Below are positions 26,701 to 37,975 of a stretch of 64,000 bases of DNA, in pieces (position 1 is the stretch's first letter; each line of letters opens with the position of its first letter). The notes under the pieces were generated by a model. It was not told the DNA's origin and did not search any database. It worked only from the letters and a program-made list of their open reading frames with translations. This stretch comes from Camelus ferus (lineage: Eukaryota), in contig NC_045696.1 of the NCBI RefSeq assembly GCF_009834535.1, positions 5,272,001 to 5,336,000 on the forward strand, given 5' to 3'. A program made the translations under genes and the position numbers.

Positions 26701-27467
26701 TTATCCTGACCTTTATGGTAATAGAAGTAATTAGCCTTGCTGTCGGTAGGCAGGCCTTTTATGAGAGAGCCTTCATTTTTAGGGATGTGTGGCTTGTCTT
26801 GCTGCAGTTTGCTTGATACTTTATCCCATAGCCATTTATTTTTAAATTCGTGTTTTCTACCCTTAAAAATCTCTGTGTCAATTTTCTTTCTGAATACACT
26901 GTTTTCTATTTATAAAAGTGAGATATGGTCACTATGAAAATTTTGGAAAATAAATGAACAAAGAGGAATTTAAAAACTACTTATAATTCAGAAATTCAGA
27001 GTCCATCCATGTTAATATTCTGTGAAATATTCTGGAGTATTTGCTTCCCATTCTTTTCAACATGGACACAGGTAGATACAGCTTCTGTTTTATAAAAATG
27101 GTGGATGACACCTATACAGTTTCACAACCAGTGAACGTTGCCATTTAAAGAATAGTTGCTGTTTAACGGCTTCTGTGTGGGATCCTTTCATTTTATCCAT
27201 TGTATCGACATGATGACATGGTGTCCTATGACTTCATCATGGGATGAGTGCATGTCCTATGAAGGTCATTTCCAGTAAACACCTCTACGTTTCAAATCCA
27301 TGTATCTCAAACATGCCAATAAAATCACTTCGCTTTGTTTATTCAGCATAGCTCAACAAAGAGTCGCAATGACATCTATGTGGCTGTCACTTACCTTTGA
27401 GAAGGAATGGCGTGGAAGGTTCTAAGTGGCCCTTGAAGTGGGGTGGAAGACACCACCACGTCTGCAG

Positions 27468-27752
27468 TGTTAGTTGTTGAATTGTGTGTCCTCGGGATTG
27501 GAGTCCTGACCCCCAGTATCTCAGAAGGTGGCCTTGTTAGGAGATCGGGTCCTTACAGAGGTAATCAAGTTCAAGTGAGGTCATTAGGACAGGCCCCTAA
27601 TCCAGCAGGCTGGTGTCCTTATAAAAAGGGGAAATTTGGATACAGACACACGCAGAGGGAGGACAAGGCAAAGGGACACAGGGAGAAGATGGTCAGCTAT
27701 ATGCCAAGGGCAGAGACCGGGAGCAGATCCTGCCTCAACAGCCCTCAGGAAA
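27468..27752 (+). mobile_element. MaLR LTR (MLT1B-like), 3' part missing
   Basis: TGAGGTCATTAGG...CCCTAATCCAGCAGGCTGGTGTCCTTATAAAAAGGGGAAATTTGGATACAGACACACGCAGAGGGAGGAC, hallmark of MLT1. Confidence 0.82.
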
Positions 27753-28069
27753 AAGGGAGCAGGTGGTGATGCTGAGTGTCAGTTTAGGGAGCAGGACGGA
27801 AACCCAGGCAGAGACCGGGCTGAGGCTGCCCTGCTTCACAGCCTGACTGCTTGCTCCGTGAGTGCTGGACGAGCTCCGGGACTGTCGCCACTCCCTGGGC
27901 CACTTTCTTACATTTCCACCACTTCAGCTCTCAGCTGGAAAGTTGGAAATGATTGCGCTATATGATTGAACTTATTTGCAACCCAGGGCGATCATGCCAT
28001 TCTCCAGACAGTGTAAATGCATTGCATCACCAATTGGGTTTACTTTTCTTTAACGTCTGATGGGGCAAC

Positions 28070-28265
28070 AATGTGGGTTCTGGGGGTAAGGGTGGGGCCA
28101 GAGGACTGACTCCAAAAGGACACAAAATAAATTTTGGTGATGATAAGATAGTCTACATCTAAATTATAAGACTGTAAATGTGTCAAAATGCATCAACTGT
28201 ACAACTAAAAAGGGTAATTTTTACTATATATAAACTATACTTTAATAACCTGACTTTTAAAGAAA
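28070..28265 (+). mobile_element. Ancient L1M 3' fragment
   Basis: GACTGACTCCAAAAGGACACAAAATAAATTTTGGTGATGAT...TGTCAAAATGCATCAACTGTACAACTAAAAAGGGTAATTTTTACT...AAACTATACTTTAATAA. Confidence 0.65.
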
Positions 28266-28285
28266 AGAATGAAAAAAATGTCCTA

Positions 28286-28428
28286 GTATCAGACTGTCCA
28301 GGCTCTCCAGCCCTGTCACTTAACAGCTGTGTGACCCTGACTTAACTTCTCTGAGCCTCAGTTTCTGCTTCTATAAAATGGGAGTGACAATGCACCTACC
28401 TCATCAGGTTGTGAGAATTAAGTGAGAC
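28286..28428 (+). mobile_element. MIR
   Basis: GCTGTGTGACCCTGACTTAACTTCTCTGAGCCTCAGTTTCTGCTTCTATAAAATGGG...CCTACCTCATCAGGTTGTGAGAATTAAGTGAGA. Confidence 0.85.
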
Positions 28429-28679
28429 AAAAAGAGTCACATCGCCTGGATGCGGTCCCTAAAAAAAGTCAGGCTGCAAAGTAATGGTAAAAGGCTTGAA
28501 AAGACCAGCCCCTCTTTCTTTCCCATCGTATTCGACTTGTCGTGAGTTAAGGGAACAGAAGCACAGGAGGCTCAGCTGTGTGAAGAAGGATGAAGCCCGG
28601 CTCTCAGAAGTGACCGAAGGATCCTGAATGAGTGACTTCACGTGGCTACTTCACATGCTCAATTTCCTTTCACGGAGAA

Positions 28680-28930
28680 TTAGGAGTTTGGGATTAACAG
28701 GCACACCCTGCTAGATATAAAATAAACAACAAGGACCTACTGTACAGCACAGGGAACTGTATTCAATTTCCTGTAATGAGCTGTAATGGAAAAGAAACTG
28801 AAAAAATATCTATGTGTAACTGAATCGCTTTGCTGTGCACTTGAAACTAACATTATAAATCGACAGCTCTTCAATTAGAAGAAAAACTAATATTGTACAT
28901 TGACTAAACTTCAGTAAAAAATAAGTACAA
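28680..28930 (+). mobile_element. 5'-truncated L1 3'UTR (cetartiodactyl type)
   Basis: TAGGAGTTTGGGATTAACAG...AACAAGGACCTACTGTACAGCACAGGGAACTGTATTCAAT...AACTGAATCGCTTTGCTGTGCAC. Confidence 0.85.
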
Positions 28931-30732
28931 TTAAATAAAGCATGCATTTCGCATGGCTATTATGAGACTCCAAAGACAAAATATTAGCATGAACATTTTT
29001 TTCATAAATTAAGCAGCCTCTACCTGTTTGCTCGTAAGCTATTGATTTCAGTGAAGTTTTCTGGGCCTTTGCTTCTAGTGAGGATGTGTTTCTGCTTGGT
29101 ATAAGTTACTACTTTTATTTTTTTCTAGACAGAGAAGATGGGGGAGGAGGTTAGGCTGAAGGTCAAAGGAAGAAACTGGAAGGATGCCGGAAGGACCACC
29201 TTCCACAATGTTGGTGCCCTAACCCAATCAGCAGACCCTCCCCACGTCTGAGGTTGAATAAAAGGCTGCGTGCGTGGGTCAGTACGCAGCCACCTCCGTG
29301 CACCCTGGCAACAGTCGATTTAACCCGCCTCAGCCATCCTGGGAAGCCCCAGGGGTCTGCAAAGTGCTAGAACAGGGCTCCGCGACCACGCAGACAGCTC
29401 TCTCCCTGGATTTATTTCACACATCGAACTAGCCCCATGGACGCTTGCGTGCACACACACTCCCCCTACGAAGGGCAAAGCTCAGTCCCCGCGCGATGAC
29501 TTCTCGAGACAAAGCACAGATGTTGACTTGGCTGCCGGCGCTGTGCCACATGCTTCTCCGAGGGGCGGTGGGGGGGGGGCTCCAGGCACCAGGAGCCAGA
29601 GGCTTTCTTTTTTGGTAATAGAGAAGCAGCCAGGGTTTTTGCCCCCACTCAACTAAAACAAAAATAGCCTTAGAACACAGGAGAAGACTGAGGTTGTATA
29701 CTTTTGGGAGAGAGGGCAGGGCTTTGTCCTAAATCAGCTGTCACAGCTCAAGAAGTGAAATGACAGAGACTAGAAGCCAGGATAGAAGCTATCCGGGCCA
29801 TTTGATCAGCTGCCCCCACCAGGGGGAGGTGAAAATTCTAGCATTCTCTCCATTTAAAACAAAAGACACACCTCCCACTGCCACCCGGAGCCACCCAGCC
29901 CCTCTGACCAGCTCAGTCTAGCACCTTTATCCCCTTCATGACAGATACTTGCTCCAAATTTTATTTGCAAATCCTTCCGAAATCCAGAACAACTTCATTT
30001 GCTGGAGAACAAACCCACCCATAATTTAGTTATAGGTTGCCTCACAGGGACAGGGCTGTTTCAAATGACAGACACTCACACCACCCAGCTGTTTCCTTCC
30101 TACACATGCTGACCCCGGCTTTTCCTGCGGTGAGAACTTTTTGCTTCCCAAGCACAAAAATGTCTCATAATTGAACAAGCCTGACACATTTGTCCTCCGT
30201 GCCCTTGACATCACACAAGCAAGGAGAGACGGGTGAGGACAGAAGGCTTAAGGACAGGAAAAGTCTCAGGACAAAACGGGCCACTTAAAGCATTTACTCA
30301 ATAAAGACATTTGGAATCCTAGTTGGGGGAACTTTTCAGTGAGGTTAGAGTTTAGCATTTGTGTGGTCTTCACAAAATACATGCTTTCCTCATCTTTTTG
30401 AACTAGTTTTATTATTCCATCCTCACGACAGCCACGTGGGGTCAGCCAGCATCTTTCATTCCTTGTTCAAGGGTGTCACTGGGTGGTCATCCTCCAAGCT
30501 GGCCTGAAAACACCGTCTGATTTGTGGGTGAGACCCTCAAGCCACCTGCTTCCACAATCAGGCCTGAGCCATTCCAGAAACTTCCGCTTAGAGAGGGGAA
30601 AAAAAACATAAAAGACTTCAGGCATTGCAAAGGGATACTGGAATGCTGTTTCATCAGCTCAGTCTCTCTCTCTTTTGCTTTGTTTCATTTTTTTTTCACT
30701 AAAAAGCAAGCACTTGCCTGTCCCCGCCCTCC

Positions 30733-30872
30733 CAGGGCCAGCCTTGTGGGTGGGTGACCCACGCAGGCACACAGGGTCCCTCAATTAGAGGGGCCCGCAC
30801 GTGGTCTTATGCTCATGAGATTCTTAATAATGTCCAACATGGAGCACCTCATTTCTATTTCTCGCCGGTCCT
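30733..30872 (+). mobile_element. MER91A-like hAT fossil
   Basis: CAGGGCCAGCCTTGTGGGTGGGTGACC...AGAGGGGCCCGCAC...GAGATTCTTAATAAT...GCCGGTCCT follows the recalled MER91A layout. Confidence 0.6.
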
Positions 30873-31900
30873 ATCCCTGCCGCCCAGTTGCGGGTTCACT
30901 GAGAGTTCCCCACCCCGAGCTGCCGTCACCTCAAGAGAGGCTGATGGCAGAGGTGGACAGGAGCAAAGGATCCCAGAGTCGTCTCCGACTCCCGCCCCTG
31001 TCACGCCTCCTTGTTGTAGTTCTGAAGGGACATGGGAGCCGGGGAAGGGTCCCTGGGGGCACTGCCTATAGCCCGACCGCTCTGTTACGCTGCCTTTAGA
31101 TGTCTGTCACGTGAGAATTCCACATCCCCTTCCAAACTTTGGCGGTGGGGCAGCGCGCACGTGTACTTCAGCCAAATCAGACTCAGCGAGAACTCGGCGA
31201 ATAAACGATGACATGGAAGTTCACGAAACAGTGCCCCCAAAGTGAAACGTATCTGCTCGGAAGACGGGAAAGGTTACATCTACATGAAGAAATAACAGTG
31301 AACTTGCAGGAGGTACTCGGTAGGGGCACAAAGTGACTAACCGCCACGTCTGTTTTAAGGCGCTATCTTCAAGAAGAGGGAAAATAGCCCACATTGACGA
31401 GGCACAGAGCATCGCCAGGAACGGTATCTGTGGTGGGGTGCTGCATTGTCTCGATACTTTGACAGGATTTATGCGTATGTGAGAACTGAGCTATAAACAC
31501 AGGGATGAGCCCATGCCTGGAACCAACATGAGAGATAAGGAAATAGTAATAATGGTTAAGAAGCCGCCAGGGGCTCTGAGATACCAGGTGTGCAGTGATA
31601 CTCCGCCGTGGACAAACACTAATACCCTCACAGAAGCTAGATTACAGGCACATCTAAATTCACGTCGGTGTCTCTCACCGTTAGAGCATGGAACTTTTAA
31701 AAAAACACAATAGGCACAATTCCAAAAGTCTTATTGATCGTCCTTACGTAATCCGCTGCCAAAGTCCTGAATAGATTTTTTTTCACTCAACACTTTTGAA
31801 GGAAGATATGTTAAGTCAGTAGAACCCAATTATTCATTGGTAAGGATGGGGAAATGTCCAACACGTTTAAAGGAATTTATATCTCTAGGGAGATATCAAC

Positions 31901-32252
31901 TAGTCAGCCCCCCATATCTGATGGTTCTGGATCTGGGATTCAACCAATCACAGATTAAACATATTTTAAAAAATTCTAGAAAGTTCCAAAAAGCAAAACT
32001 TGAATTTGCTGCATGCCAGCAACTCTTTACATAACAGTTGCATTTCACTTACAACTATTTAAACAGCATTTATATTACATTAGGTATTATAAGTAACCTA
32101 GAGGTGAGTTACAGCACATGGGAGGATGTGTGTAGGTTCTATGCAAGTACTTGGCCGTTTTATACAAGGGACTTGACCGTCTTTGGATTGGTGTCCATCT
32201 GTGGACAGGGTGGTCCTGGAACCAGTCCCTCTCAGATACCGAGGGATGGTTG
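31901..32252. mobile_element. MER2/MER2B-like TcMar-Tigger fossil
   Basis: GGATTCAACCAATCACAG, AAAGTTCCAAAAAGCAAAACTTGAATTTGC, TAGGTATTATAAGTAACCTAGAG, ending GATACCGAGGGATGGTTG. Confidence 0.85.
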
Positions 32253-32736
32253 AATAGTTTCCTAATAGACATGTATTTATCCATTGGACTTTAAGATTGC
32301 TAAATTCACAGGTGGTTCTAAAATACATGACTTAAGATTAACCATTAGTTATGAAGGTTATTCTCCAACCAGTATATAACTGAGCCCCTACTTTTGTAAG
32401 CATTGACCCTTTGGGAAGGCTTTCCTGATCACAATGGTGTTAACCAATACTTCCCTGGCACTTGGTTTATATAGGGAGTAGACCTATACTGTGCATGGAC
32501 CCCATCATCCAGTTAATTTTAGGTGACTCTGCCTCCCCTGCTAGCCTATAAGCTCTTTGAGAGGTAGGGCCATTCACCCAGCACAATATCCAACATATAA
32601 CGGATTCTTCATCCCTGTGGGTTGAATGGTACATGCTGGGGAGATGAAAGGGTGTAGAAGACAGTCTCTGTCTTCTCAAGTTTCATAATCTAGAAGGCAG
32701 GAAGAAATGTGACAGACAAGGTCAGTGATTACCGAT

Positions 32737-33207
32737 TAGACATACCTCTTTTTATTGCACTTTGAGAATACTGCATTTTTTTCAAACTGAAGGCTGCAGC
32801 CACCTTGCATAAAGTAAGTCTAGCGGTTCCATTTTTCCAACAGCATCTGCTCACTTGGTGTTTCTGGGTCACATTCTGGTAATTCCCAGGATGTTTCAAA
32901 CTTTCTCATTATCGTTCTTTTTGTTATGTTATCATTCTATTTGTGATCAGTGATCTTTTATGTGTCTACAGCAAAAGGATTATGACTTTCTGAAGGCTCA
33001 GATGATGGTTAGCATTGTTTAGCAATAAAATATTTTCCATTAAGGTATGTACTTTCTTTTAGACATAACGCTATTGCACACTTAAGAGACTACAGTACAG
33101 TGTAAACATAAATTTTACATACACTGGGAAACCAAAAACAAAAAATCACGTGACTTGCCTTATTGTGGTGGTGTGGAAGTGAATCCACAGTGTCTCCGAG
33201 GTTGGTC
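32737..33207. mobile_element. Internally deleted Tigger1 derivative (Tigger1a-like)
   Basis: Tigger1 5' end (CATACCTCTTTTTATTGCACTTT...CCATTTTTCCAACAGCAT) joined to its 3' end (CTGAAGGCTCAGATGATGGTTAGCATT...GACTACAGTACAGTGTAAACATAA...TCTCCGAGGT). Confidence 0.85.
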
Positions 33208-33837
33208 ATGATTTTGACCATAGAAAAGGCCACCCTTTCCTGGGCAGATGTTTTCTATGAGTTTTACTTTGGGGATTCAGGATGGTTTCTCTTATTAAAA
33301 CAGAATACAGGAGGGCAAGGTAAGGAATGAAGGCCATTGGTGTAAATTCAAAGTCAAGGGAAATCTCTCAGGAGAGGCAGAAGAAAACTTTGTCAACAGA
33401 GATCTTATGAGATACTGCACAGGGGTAGCAACGCCAACATTGTCAAGATTTCTGTAGTTGTTCTTTTTTTTAACTCAAGACTTAAAAAAAAAATCCAGGA
33501 CGATATTATTTTTAATATATTTCATGTCCAAGTCCTGAATGGAATTGGGGCAGGTATAAAAGAAATTGGGCTATATCCAGGATATGACAGAAAACGAGAA
33601 ATTTAATGGGACAGGAAATGTGTAAGCGAAACCTGGCCTGGCTTTACCTCAAGAAACTGTGATTCTGAACAAAGTTAGCCTTCTGGCACTCAGTTCCCTA
33701 TTTTAAAATGACTATTTTGAATGAAATGACAACAGAGCCTCCTTGAATTCCCTGAATTCTAAGCAGGACTATAGAAATGACAGTCTTTCTCTAGGTCAAT
33801 AGTCTTTAAGGAGGCCGGCTGCACTCTAGGCAGGGAC

Positions 33838-33965
33838 AGGACCACCATGTTCAGCTGCACAGGCTGTGCACAGCACAACTCTAGGGGGCGCCACTGACAC
33901 CGACTGCAGTATGAATGACACTTCTGGTGTTATAAGGTGCTCAACTCTCACAACAATGCATGATA
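33838..33965. mobile_element. MER91B-like palindromic hAT fossil carrying a CTCF-like motif
   Basis: TGCACAGGCTGTGCACAGCACAACTCTAGGGGGCGCCACTGAC matches the recalled MER91B left arm; right arm degenerate. Confidence 0.7.
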
Positions 33966-34266
33966 AAGAGAATTTTAGAATGTCTATTTATATCAGTTTA
34001 GGATCAATAAGAAAGAAATAAGATTTCATCAACAGCCAATATCTGGATTGATATTGACACCATCATTTGGTAGGTAGGAAAGAGTGGAACTCCCATGATG
34101 GAGGATTGTCCAGAACACCCTCACCCTTAACTTGTTCTTGGCGTATCACAATGTGCTGCACTGCGGGTCCTTGCACTCGGGTAAGAGGATTTATAGCTTA
34201 TACAATCTACCTGTAATCAACCTAATCTCCCTGCAGTAGGTAAGTGGCTTTAAAATATTCCTGCAT

Positions 34267-34597
34267 GGTCACCTGCTACAACATGGATGAAACTTGAGGA
34301 CATGATGCTAAATAAAACAAGCCAGTCACACACACACACACAAAAAGACAAATATAGTATAGTTCCACTTATATGAGATACCTAGAGTAGTCAAATTCAA
34401 AGAAACAGAAAGCAGACAGGTGGTTAGCGGGGATAGACGGAGGGGAAAAGGGAGTTGTACATTGGGTAGAATTTCGGTTTTGCCAATTGAAAAAGTTCTG
34501 AAGATCTGTTTCCAACAAAGTAAGTGAACCACACTACTGAATGATACACTTAAAAATGAATAAGGTGATACATTTTATGATGTTTTTTACAGGAATT
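34267..34597 (+). mobile_element. L1MB-like 3' end
   Basis: TGCTACAACATGGATGAAACTTGAGGACATGATGCTAAATAAAACAAGCCAGTCAC...TTCCACTTATATGAGATACCTAGAGTAGTCAAATTCA; TSD AAAATATTCCTGCAT (34252-34266) / AAAACATTCCTGCAT (34598-34612). Confidence 0.85.
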
Positions 34598-35621
34598 AAA
34601 ACATTCCTGCATAAAATTTCACAGGTTGAAAGTAATACGAATACCCCCAGCTGAAGAAACAAGGAAATGATGGAATCTCTACATAACCCTTCTACTATTG
34701 GAATGTCTACACAAGCACCAATACAAGCTTTAAAACCACGATCAACAAATTCGGCTTAAAAAGAAATGAAGTCACCAAGACTATTTGAATCCTAGAGTTC
34801 CATGCTCTTCCATCAACAATCACCTCTCATGAGTATATGTGGTGCCCTGAAATTTTGACTTGGGTTAGTAAAGCCATCACAATCAGCAAGGTATCTATAG
34901 TTTATATCATCATTCTCTCATTCTTTTCAATGTTTATTTTTGTATACTTTAGAACTGCACCTAATATATGAGCACATTAGCATGTACATACACAATTTTA
35001 AAGTAAGTAAAACTGTATTGTGCATGCATGCTCTTATTTTCCTCCTGAGAGGGTGCACTATCAAAAACTTTGAGGACCACACTTTTTGAGGATTGATACT
35101 GATGGTCACTGTGGATACTATGCCATTGTTCTGTCGTGGATCTGCAGAAAGACGGAGGCAATGGTTCCCAAAAAGTTGATAAGCTTTGAATGTTAGTTTT
35201 TAAATACTTGTGGATAGTTATTATTAGAATAATGACAGCTCATGGTAAAAAGTCAAAGAATCTCCCTTTGGATAGACGCTTTCTTTCCTTTTGCATCCAC
35301 AAGGGAGAGAACGTAGTCCTTTCAAAGCACCTTGAATTGTTTGCAGGAGGAGTTCCTACAGCGTCACGGTTTGAAGTTTTGTTGTTGTATCTCCATCTTT
35401 AGTGCTTTGAGACACATGAAGAGATAGGATTTTTAAAGCAGGGCTCAACACGCTTGGCCACCTTGGATGTGGGCAGGTTTGTGTCAACACTCATGCCTAC
35501 AGATGACCTCTGACCCTCCCAGGTGAGGCGGCCAACACCATGAGTGATCTCCAGCTGACTCACAATTTGACTAATTCATGGCCTCAGGGACTCTTCTGCA
35601 CACCAAACAAGCATGGGGAAA

Positions 35622-35807
35622 AATAGTTACACAACAAGTTTCTTCTGCATAGCACAGAGAACTATATTTAATATTTGTAGTAACATATAATGAAAAAGAA
35701 TATGAAAACGAATATATGTATGTGTATGGATGACTGAAACATTATGCTGTACACCAGAAATTGACACAACATTATGAACTGACTATATTTCAATTAAAAA
35801 AAAAGAG
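35622..35807 (+). mobile_element. 5'-truncated young L1 3'UTR
   Basis: AAGTTTCTTCTGCATAGCACAGAGAACTATATT...GCTGTACACCAGAAATTGACACAAC, poly(A); TSD GCATGGGGAAA (35611-35621 / 35808-35818). Confidence 0.88.
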
Positions 35808-36766
35808 GCATGGGGAAATGTGGAAAAGAAAATCCTAGGTACCTTAGCCATTTTACCAGGCTCAAGAAGATAAATTAATGTTTTTCTAACAGCTCCTCAT
35901 GAGAAAGTGGACACTACTTAATAAGGCAATGATATACATAAGAATCTTAAATTTGGCGAAGTCCACCAGTGTCCTCAAACTGGAAGCAGAGACCCCCCCA
36001 GAGAGAAGGACCCCTGCTCTCCATAATAGCGCCATCGTGAGAGGATGACCCCGTTTGAGTAGTTCCGCTGGCTCACGCCTTTTGGCATCTTCCCCTTAGA
36101 TAACCCGCAGGGGAGTTTTCAATTTGTGGGTGATTACCTTCCTGCTTTATGATTCTAATTTGTCTTCCTTTTCCTTACCAGGTGGCAGTTTAAGAGTAAA
36201 ATATAAAATAATGGCATTTAGTGGGTGATTGATTTTTCCACTGGCAATGTTATAAATATGGCCAAGCATTTCCCTTTCAGAAACGGCACAAGAAGTAATT
36301 CAGTGAGATTCTGAAGCATAAATTTAGGGCTATTTGCGAGGCACAAACAATATTCAAGCAGACTGATGCCTGGAATGTGTAACTCATGCTGAGTCGTTCG
36401 TGTAAAACAGCCCAGAAATAGATGTTGGATTTATGGGTTTGGGCCACTGATGGGTGTTTTTGACGCATGACACAAAACGACGGGCTATAAAACATTCTCA
36501 CATCCATACCCAAAAGGTGCCTGCACCAAATCAAATGGAAAACGTTTCTCCATTCATTATTTATGCCTCATCTCATTGCAAAGATTGGAAGAATAATAAA
36601 TACTTTGTGCCTGGAGATAATAGGAAAGTGAGAGAGACCCCATTAAACTGCAGAGTGGTGCTGACGCACAGTTCAGTGTCCAGCTTCCCAGGAGGACAAA
36701 TATGGGTTGATCTTTTTTTGCATATGAATTGCCATATATTCCTATTTCAAATATAAGTGAATCTGA

Positions 36767-36922
36767 AATATTTAAATATGCAACCATAGTTAAAATATTT
36801 GTTCTAATCAATATTAATATTGGCAATTTAACTATAATATTTAAATATGCAACTATAGTTAAAATATTTGTTTTAATTAATATTAATATTGGCAATTTAA
36901 CTATAATATTTAAATATGCAAC
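36767..36922. repeat. 69-bp AT-rich tandem duplication (about 2.3 units)
   Basis: AATATTTAAATATGCAAC recurs at 36767, 36836 and 36905; units nearly identical; reflected as 23-aa repeats in the ORF track. Confidence 0.95.
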
Positions 36923-37640
36923 TTGTTTTCTGGATGCTAGATATACTGTGCCTTCAACAATCTTCCAGAATTTACGGTTTGGCTGACTATTGTTGGGCAC
37001 AAGGAGCTACCTTACTAAAGATCAGCTTGGACTCTTTCTTATTCTCCTCTAACCCCAGTCAAATTGGTTTTTTATTTCAACACAGCAGCTGTTTTCTTCA
37101 AGGTATTCATGGGCTCTGCCCCTGGGGCCACCATCCCTCTTTGTTTGAATTTCACAGAACTTATCTGAAGTGAAATAGTCTCAGGGAACAACCCCAAACT
37201 GGAGGATATTAGAATTCTCCATCCCTCCTTCAGATCCCTATTTTCCTTGACATTTTCCCAAATGTCACGCGTTCTTTCTGTTGAGATTCTCATTTTCTTT
37301 GCCTGCCATGAAAGCATTTATTTTGCAGGTGTAACAATGCACCCATTTCCAATGTAAAAGGATTTAAATGGCAAGCACAGGTTCCAAACCTGGAGTGAAG
37401 AACAAAAGAGAGAAATTTTCCTCTCCAAACCTACCGGGACCACAAATCTCAACATTTAGAAAAGAGGGTGCTGGTCCATTGGTCACATGAACGGGTAAGT
37501 CTACACCCTGAAATCTCGTAATTCATCCAGTAACTGAAGTTTGCCAAGAGCCAAACCAGGAGCCAAGTCTGTGGATGATGCCAGGATGTTCACAGTCTAG
37601 GTAAGGTGGTTCTAATAAAAAAAGTGTAGCCAGTAATACT

Positions 37641-37975
37641 TGCTATGATCTGGATGTTTGTGTCCCCCCCAAATTCACACACTGAAATCCCAACACTCGA
37701 AGGTGATGGCATTAAGAGGCGGGGCCTCTGAGAGGTGATCTGAGCCCTCACGAACGGGATTAGTGTCTTTATAAAAGAGACCCCAGAGAGCTCCCTCACC
37801 CCTCCCACCACGTGAGGACGCAGGACCTCTGCCCCTCAGAAGGGAGCCCTCACCCGACCGTGCTGTACCTGATCTCCGACTCCCAGCCTCCAGAATTGTG
37901 AGCAATAAATTTCTATTGTTTATAAGCCACTCAGTCTGTGGTCCTTGGTTACAGCAGCCCAGACAGATTAAGGTA
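37641..37975 (+). mobile_element. MaLR solo LTR (MLT1A0-like)
   Basis: TGCTATGATCTGGATGTTTGTGTCCCCCC...CCAGCCTCCAGAATTGTGAGCAATAAATTTCTATTGTTTATAAGCCACTCAGTCTGTGG; TSD-like ATACT/ACACT. Confidence 0.9.

Noticed and set aside
36557..37000. ORFs with 23-aa repeats on both strands; possible CRISPR-like array
   Set aside because: Simple 69-bp tandem duplication with no unique spacers, in eukaryotic context.
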